DNA of 64,000 nucleotides from a bacterium (lineage in GTDB: Bacteria > Patescibacteriota > Minisyncoccia > Phycocordibacterales > UBA918): NCBI GenBank assembly GCA_043719295.1, contig JAYSUD010000005.1:31651-95650 (forward strand), written 5' to 3'. The translations under genes and the position numbers were made by a program. Each line of letters opens with the position of its first letter. Position 1 is the stretch's first letter. Under the pieces are notes generated by a model. The model ran no database searches, had not been told where the DNA came from, and saw only the letters and a program-made list of their open reading frames with translations. Below, piece after piece: positions 59,022 to 64,000 of the stretch.

Positions 59022-62000
59022 TTACCCTCCAGCCTTAGTCAACTCAGCAAGCAATGCCTGAAGTTGAGCTAATTGTTGAAGAAGACTATTAATTTGAGCC
59101 TGCATGTCTGTTGGTGCAACAGAACTCGTAGTGACATATGTAGCTACTACATAGCCATCTACTCCAGAGTCGAAGTTAACTTGTACCCATGAGTAGCCTC
59201 CTGCAGTTACTGCGGGTGTAGTTGCTTGGGTTCCTTGAGCTCCTTTGTATTGGGTTCCGAGTCTTGTGCCGTTTGGTGTTGCACGGACGTTGACGTTGTC
59301 GGTGACACTTACCTTTGTTCCGACTGGAACAGGTGTTGGGGTGGGAGTTGGTGTTGGTGTTGGTGTTGGGGTGGGAGTTGGTGTTGGTGTTGGGGTGGGA
59401 GCAGTAACTGATCCGATACGCGCACCATAGCCTATACCACTTGGTGCAGTTGACTTAAGTCGGAGATCTTGATTCTGCCAATCCAAAAAATGACTTCCAT
59501 ACTGAGCATAGGCTACTATTTTATTGTCTGTAACAGTAACCCCTGCATTGGTTTTAACAGTATTTGCGAGATTTTTTTCAATTCGTGAGTTAACTGGTGC
59601 AGTACCATTTTTATGAGCAACAATTTGTATCCATGATGGGCCAGGTGTAGTTTCATTTGGGTCAATAACAGTATTGTTACGGACAGTTACGTTCTTTGCT
59701 CCATACACTGAAATGCCGTGCCAGTGGTCAACGATAACTACGTTGTCCTCAATTAGAAAGTCTTCATACATACCGTCAAACAGACCAATGCCTTGCATTT
59801 CACCTGCAAGTGGTGCTCCTGGGGTTTCGGTATTTATAAAGGTATTACCCTTAAGGGTAATACCCTTCACCACACCAGTACCAACTGATCCATTAGAGTA
59901 TGACCAAGACTGGAAGCCATCTTGATGAGTTTCATCAACTGCAAAAGCATTTTTTACTATGTTTCCTTTAAAGGTCATATTGTTGGCAAGACCCCGCATA
60001 CCATCTGCTCTAAAACCATCGATAGTATTGTTTTCAACTAAACCATTTGTAGCTGAATATCCTCCAACAATTCCATGTGCAACGTTTTTTACTGTGTTGC
60101 CACTAACTACTACGTTTGTTCCATCAAACGTAATTCCGTCAGCTGTTTTACTTAACCACAAACTTGCTGTCCAACCTGAACGATTACCATAGGTAACTGT
60201 GCTATTACTGAAAGTGACGTAGTCTCCGTTAATCTCTACAGCGTCTACTGCACTGGTTGGGTTTACTTGGACTCCACTAACTGTCCACTGATCACTATTA
60301 ATGGTGAGCTTGGTAAATACAGGCTTTGCTCCTGAGGCTGGGACAATAAATGTTTTCTTTGATTTGTCAGCGCCTGAAATTGTTACAGAACCGTAATTTC
60401 CTGACGCTAGAACTATATACCCTCCGGCTGTTACTGTTTTTACAGCAACAAGAAGCTCAGCTGCATTTGAAACATTGATGGTTGTGCCACTTACAGGAGG
60501 TATTGGAGTTGGTGTTGGTGTTGGTGTTGGTGTTGGTGTTGGTGTTGGTGTTGGTGTTGGAGCGATTAACGTGTAGTTATCTGCTCCTACCCAACCGTCG
60601 AAGCCTGAGTCGAAGTTTACGTTAAACCAAACTACTTTCCCAAATGATTCTGTTGATTCTGTTGGACCTGCAATAAGTTTTCCAGCACTTGCAAGAGGAT
60701 TAATCCCTATTAGAGTAGCTGCTGAAACTTGACCTATTGTCCGAACATTGACGTTATTCTTCATACTCACTCTGTCACCAACTTTGAAACCTGAGACGAC
60801 TGGTGGAATTGGTGTAGGTGTAGGTGTAGGTGTTGGAGTAGGTGTAGGTGTTGGAGTAGGTGTAGTAGTAACTGACCATGAAGCAGGTGGATTTACCGGA
60901 TCAATACGAGCACCGGTGTAAAATGAACCGCCTGAAAAAGTATTACCCGATAGTGACACATTTTTTGAATCAGTACTTATTGAAAGTTTAGGCACCATAA
61001 TGCCTGAAGTTGCTCCAAACTGTGCTACGTATGCAGCATTTTCTTTATCACCTAAGTTAAGACTGGCAGCATTTATAGTATTGTTTCTTACTACTAAGCC
61101 ATCAACTTCACCCATGGTGATACCGTGGGTATGTGCATTGGAAATAGAATTGCCTTCAATCAAGAAGTTTTTGTAAAACATTCCTGAACCTGCTTGTCCT
61201 TGGTCTACAACTTCATTTCGCATAAACAGTGACTGTGTCCAAGAACCCTGTTCAACATGTAAGCGATTGTTTCGAATTACTACATCTGTACTTGGAACAT
61301 TTGTCCCTGTAGTCCAAAACTGAATCATGTCTGCATGGTCACCAGAGTTTACTGCACCACGAAAATTATTAAAATAATTACCTTCGATAAGCACTTTTTG
61401 AACCTGTATGAAATCAAATCCATCAGACCTAATAGCATTAATATTATTATTTAATACCTTTAAGTTAGATGACCCAGAGAAGATTGCTCCACGACCAAAT
61501 TTACGAATTTCACTATTTTGTAACGTTAGACCGTTGACACCATCGACGTAGAGACCTCGGCCAGTTGCGTAGCCATTCATGACTGAATTGACACCTGATG
61601 CCATATCTCCATCAATAGTTATGCCACTAAGAACTATGTCATTACTATTTGTGATCTCAAATGCATTAAAGTGATCCGGATCGCCTGAAGAAAAAACGTA
61701 ATCAAAATTTACGTTTTCAATTGTTACTTTAGAAGATCCCGATAGACTTAATTCAGAAAATACAGCTTTACTACTAGTGTTAGCCGATTTGATTGTTACC
61801 ATAGCAGTGTATGTTTTGTTTCGGATTGAAACTGTTCCATAATTCCCCGCATTGAGTAAAATTGTTTCACCTCCTGTAGCATTAGCAATTGCTGCATTGA
61901 GTTCAGCTGTAGTTGAAACTGTGGTAACAGTTGCCGCCAATACTGTTGGCTTCTGCCCACCCTTCATTCCATTAACTACTAACTGTAGTTGATTAAGTGC

Positions 62001-62126
62001 TTTTGCAAGGTCGTTGAGTGTTGCTGCTTGTGCGGGAACACTACTTACAAACAACATACTGAAAGTGAGTATTGCCACAAGGAATAACTTTATTGATTTT
62101 GTGATGCCACGTGTTGGTGCTGTCAT
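59022..62126 (-). CDS. large secreted right-handed beta-helix (pectate-lyase-fold) repeat protein with three (PT)n linkers
   Basis: signal peptide; NNTI/GNxI parallel-beta-helix repeats; TPTPTPTPTP linkers from (GGTGTT)n tracts at about 59330-59400, 60505-60560 and 60815-60870. Confidence 0.65.
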   Translation of the reverse strand: MTAPTRGITKSIKLFLVAILTFSMLFVSSVPAQAATLNDLAKALNQLQLVVNGMKGGQKPTVLAATVTTVSTTAELNAAIANATGGETILLNAGNYGTVSIRNKTYTAMVTIKSANTSSKAVFSELSLSGSSKVTIENVNFDYVFSSGDPDHFNAFEITNSNDIVLSGITIDGDMASGVNSVMNGYATGRGLYVDGVNGLTLQNSEIRKFGRGAIFSGSSNLKVLNNNINAIRSDGFDFIQVQKVLIEGNYFNNFRGAVNSGDHADMIQFWTTGTNVPSTDVVIRNNRLHVEQGSWTQSLFMRNEVVDQGQAGSGMFYKNFLIEGNSISNAHTHGITMGEVDGLVVRNNTINAASLNLGDKENAAYVAQFGATSGIMVPKLSISTDSKNVSLSGNTFSGGSFYTGARIDPVNPPASWSVTTTPTPTPTPTPTPTPTPTPIPPVVSGFKVGDRVSMKNNVNVRTIGQVSAATLIGINPLASAGKLIAGPTESTESFGKVVWFNVNFDSGFDGWVGADNYTLIAPTPTPTPTPTPTPTPTPTPIPPVSGTTINVSNAAELLVAVKTVTAGGYIVLASGNYGSVTISGADKSKKTFIVPASGAKPVFTKLTINSDQWTVSGVQVNPTSAVDAVEINGDYVTFSNSTVTYGNRSGWTASLWLSKTADGITFDGTNVVVSGNTVKNVAHGIVGGYSATNGLVENNTIDGFRADGMRGLANNMTFKGNIVKNAFAVDETHQDGFQSWSYSNGSVGTGVVKGITLKGNTFINTETPGAPLAGEMQGIGLFDGMYEDFLIEDNVVIVDHWHGISVYGAKNVTVRNNTVIDPNETTPGPSWIQIVAHKNGTAPVNSRIEKNLANTVKTNAGVTVTDNKIVAYAQYGSHFLDWQNQDLRLKSTAPSGIGYGARIGSVTAPTPTPTPTPTPTPTPTPTPTPTPVPVGTKVSVTDNVNVRATPNGTRLGTQYKGAQGTQATTPAVTAGGYSWVQVNFDSGVDGYVVATYVTTSSVAPTDMQAQINSLLQQLAQLQALLAELTKAGG

Positions 62127-62278
62127 ACTGTATATAATAAAAGTTTATAATAAATTTATATAAAGGAACAAACCTTAATACTTACAGTCTAGCTTATTTT
62201 TGAGGACAGTAAAAAGAGATACCTATATTGTGGGGACAAGTAAAACTGACCAATAAATCCTCCATTTACTAAATTAAG

Positions 62279-63139
62279 TTAATTTTGAATAAAAAAAGAC
62301 AAATCACCTTCTAACACCGCTTCTACTTTACTTGTTTCCGCTCCCGAACGATGATCTTTAACCATTTGATAGGGATGAAGAACATATGAACGTATCTGAC
62401 TTCCCCACTCAATTTTGAGCGTTTTTTCTACTGACAGCCCTTGAAGCTCTCGTTTACGCTGTACTTCCCTAAAGGCAAACACGCGTCCAGCAAGGAGTGT
62501 AAGTGCGCGCTCACGGTTTTGCTGTTGACTTCGTTCAGTTGAAACATGGACCGAAATATTGGTAGGGACATGAGTCATGCGCACGGCAGTCTCTCGCTTG
62601 TTCACATTCTGACCACCTGCACCCCCTGAACGGGCAAACGACACTTCAATATCGTCTTCACTAATAACCACGTCCGCAACCACCTCAATCTGGGGCGATA
62701 CTTCAACAAGTACAAAAGAAGTCTGTCGCTTACCATTGCTGTTAAAAGGAGAGATACGCACCAGACGATGTACACCTGATTCTGTTTGTAAGATGCCATA
62801 TGCGTTTTTACCACCTATTTCAAAGGTGATACTTCGGTAGCCATTTTCGTCGTTTGTGTTTGAATCGAGTACCGTAACACTCCAGTTTTTTGTTATTGCA
62901 AACTTTTGATACATTTCTACAAGCATCCGCGCAAAGTCTTCAGCGTCATCACCCCCTGCGCCTGCAACAATAGAAATTATTGCATTATTACGATCATACT
63001 TCCCTTTTCCTTCTGCTTCAGTTTTAAGGTCTTCAAGTTCTTTATACATCGCCTGTGCCTTTTTAGGGTCATTCCAAAAATCTGGACGAATCATCGCCTC
63101 CTCAATCTCAGTTATACGGTTTTGAATATCAGGTGACAT
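62279..63139 (-). CDS. prfB: peptide chain release factor 2 (short N-terminus, no frameshift site seen)
   Basis: GGQ motif ([11 protein letters not shown]), SPF tripeptide (RISPFNS), RF-1 domain. Confidence 0.8.
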   Translation of the reverse strand: MSPDIQNRITEIEEAMIRPDFWNDPKKAQAMYKELEDLKTEAEGKGKYDRNNAIISIVAGAGGDDAEDFARMLVEMYQKFAITKNWSVTVLDSNTNDENGYRSITFEIGGKNAYGILQTESGVHRLVRISPFNSNGKRQTSFVLVEVSPQIEVVADVVISEDDIEVSFARSGGAGGQNVNKRETAVRMTHVPTNISVHVSTERSQQQNRERALTLLAGRVFAFREVQRKRELQGLSVEKTLKIEWGSQIRSYVLHPYQMVKDHRSGAETSKVEAVLEGDLSFFIQN

Positions 63140-63141
63140 AG

Positions 63142-63594
63142 CTACTTTGTATGGAGCGTATAGAATTTTGTCTTACGTTCTACATACCCCCTTTTTTCAT
63201 ACAATGGTTGCACCACTGTACGTGAGCAGGTGAGGTTAACTTTTCCACACCCCCATTCATGTGCTTTTGTTTCAAGCGCATTCATTATGAGTGAAAAAAT
63301 ACCCCGACCTCGGAAGTCTTCATGAACAACGATATTGTTAATATACCCAACGACGCGTACCGGGTGAACAATTTTTGTAATTTCACCCATTCCTACAATA
63401 TGCCCGTTTTCAAGCACCCCTATAAAATAATTATTCAAATCAGAGACAGCTGCAATAAAGCGTTCTGGCTCAATAGTCTCTTCAGACGTAACAAGGTACT
63501 TTTGTACCGCTACACAGTCGTATAAATACAGCTCAATATTTGTTGCGGTAAGTCTAATGATTTCCATGTCGCAACAGTATACCAAAACAAACAA
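63142..63594 (-). CDS. GNAT-family N-acetyltransferase
   Basis: acetyl-CoA motif [13 protein letters not shown]; ends 2 nt before prfB. Confidence 0.6.
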   Translation of the reverse strand: MFVLVYCCDMEIIRLTATNIELYLYDCVAVQKYLVTSEETIEPERFIAAVSDLNNYFIGVLENGHIVGMGEITKIVHPVRVVGYINNIVVHEDFRGRGIFSLIMNALETKAHEWGCGKVNLTCSRTVVQPLYEKRGYVERKTKFYTLHTK

Positions 63595-63679
63595 CCAAAT
63601 GCTGTGCGTCTTGCTCTTTGCTTAGACTCTTAATCTCTATACAAAAACCTTTCGGTTAACCGAAAAGTTTTTGTTATTG

Positions 63680-63955
63680 AGCCAATGTCCGGAATCGAAC
63701 CGGAGACCTACGCCTTCGTTTGCACCTCAGTTTCTTAAAAGTGATATCTGAGGACTAGACTGTATCTTACACTTATCATTTTTGATGGAGTGTCCCTTGT
63801 CAGTCGTTCGGGCCCTTGAGTTACAAGTGCCACGGTCTTGGCCATCACTTTGGCTATTAACCGTTATTCGGGGTTCATGTAAAGTATTTCTACTCTACCG
63901 GGCAAGAGTCACACGACTCACCATGGCGTTGCTCTACCAGCTGAGCTACATTGGC
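63680..63955 (-). tRNA. intron-containing tRNA (about 202-nt group-I-like intron in the anticodon loop); Thr(GGU) favoured, Arg(ACG) possible
   Basis: 5' exon GCCAATGTAGCTCAGCTGGTAGAGCAACGCC+AUGGU (63920-63955), 3' exon AA+GGCGTAGGTCTCCGGTTCGATTCCGGACATTGGCT (63680-63717); exon ends in U and intron ends in G; intron contains AGTCTAGTCC (group-I S/P7-like). Confidence 0.55.
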
Positions 63956-64000
63956 ATTTTCTTTCGCAAGTCTTCAATTGCGCCAATGATAGTATCACGA

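Noticed and set aside
59226-59430. Repeat-rich ORFs (WCWCWC..., GVGVGV...) as a possible CRISPR array or separate genes
   Set aside because: They are antisense or frame-shifted readings of the (GGTGTT)n PT-linker microsatellite inside the beta-helix gene. There are no spacers and no repeat-spacer periodicity.
62906-63136. 76-aa plus-strand ORF inside prfB and many other antisense ORFs within glmS, lepA, murJ, valS and pyrG
   Set aside because: They are antisense to strongly supported conserved genes, with no independent support.

Overview
Low-GC, gene-dense bacterial window, mostly minus-strand. The gene content (compact tsaC/tsaD, secreted msrAB, many small hypotheticals, an intron-split tRNA, a DGR) is typical of a reduced genome such as a Patescibacteria/CPR organism. 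All assignments are by eye from the sequence and the ORF track.

Housekeeping genes recognised: glmS, lepA, murJ, valS, pyrG, ftsEX, prfB, tsaC, tsaD, csp, msrAB, an SpoU/RlmB-type methyltransferase, a DedA-family protein, an MsbA-like ABC exporter, Hsp20, PrsW, two NUDIX and two HD hydrolases. Six tRNAs: Glu-UUC, Val-GAC, Phe-GAA, Arg-CCU, Gln-UUG, and one split by a ~200-nt group-I-like intron at the window end.

Accessory content:
1. A complete diversity-generating retroelement at 45.3-47.8 kb: RT with the [L/I]GxxxSQ motif, a divergently overlapping Avd-like gene, a 129-bp TR and VR differing at 19 positions (18 at TR adenines), and a target gene carrying the VR at its 3' end followed by a GC hairpin.
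2. A Gabija-like pair (OLD-family ATPase/Toprim nuclease + UvrD-like helicase) immediately downstream of a large serine recombinase and abutting tRNA-Glu, read as a ~6-kb integrative defence islet. A degraded phage remnant (ParB-fused DNA methyltransferase, TerS-like, DUF4352) lies beside it.
3. A GC-rich, apparently acquired 2-3 gene cassette of unknown function at 17.45-19.8 kb.

Unexplained non-coding structure is abundant:
- two paralogous ~170-nt promoter-to-terminator units with a covarying hairpin (candidate sRNA family), plus a third 3'-module copy;
- long hairpins built from inverted copies of tRNA 3' ends downstream of three tRNAs;
- a double-hairpin REP/MITE-like repeat family (4 copies);
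- a 700-bp gene-free locus full of covarying palindromes;
- paired GTGACA-N4-GTGACA operator-like sites.
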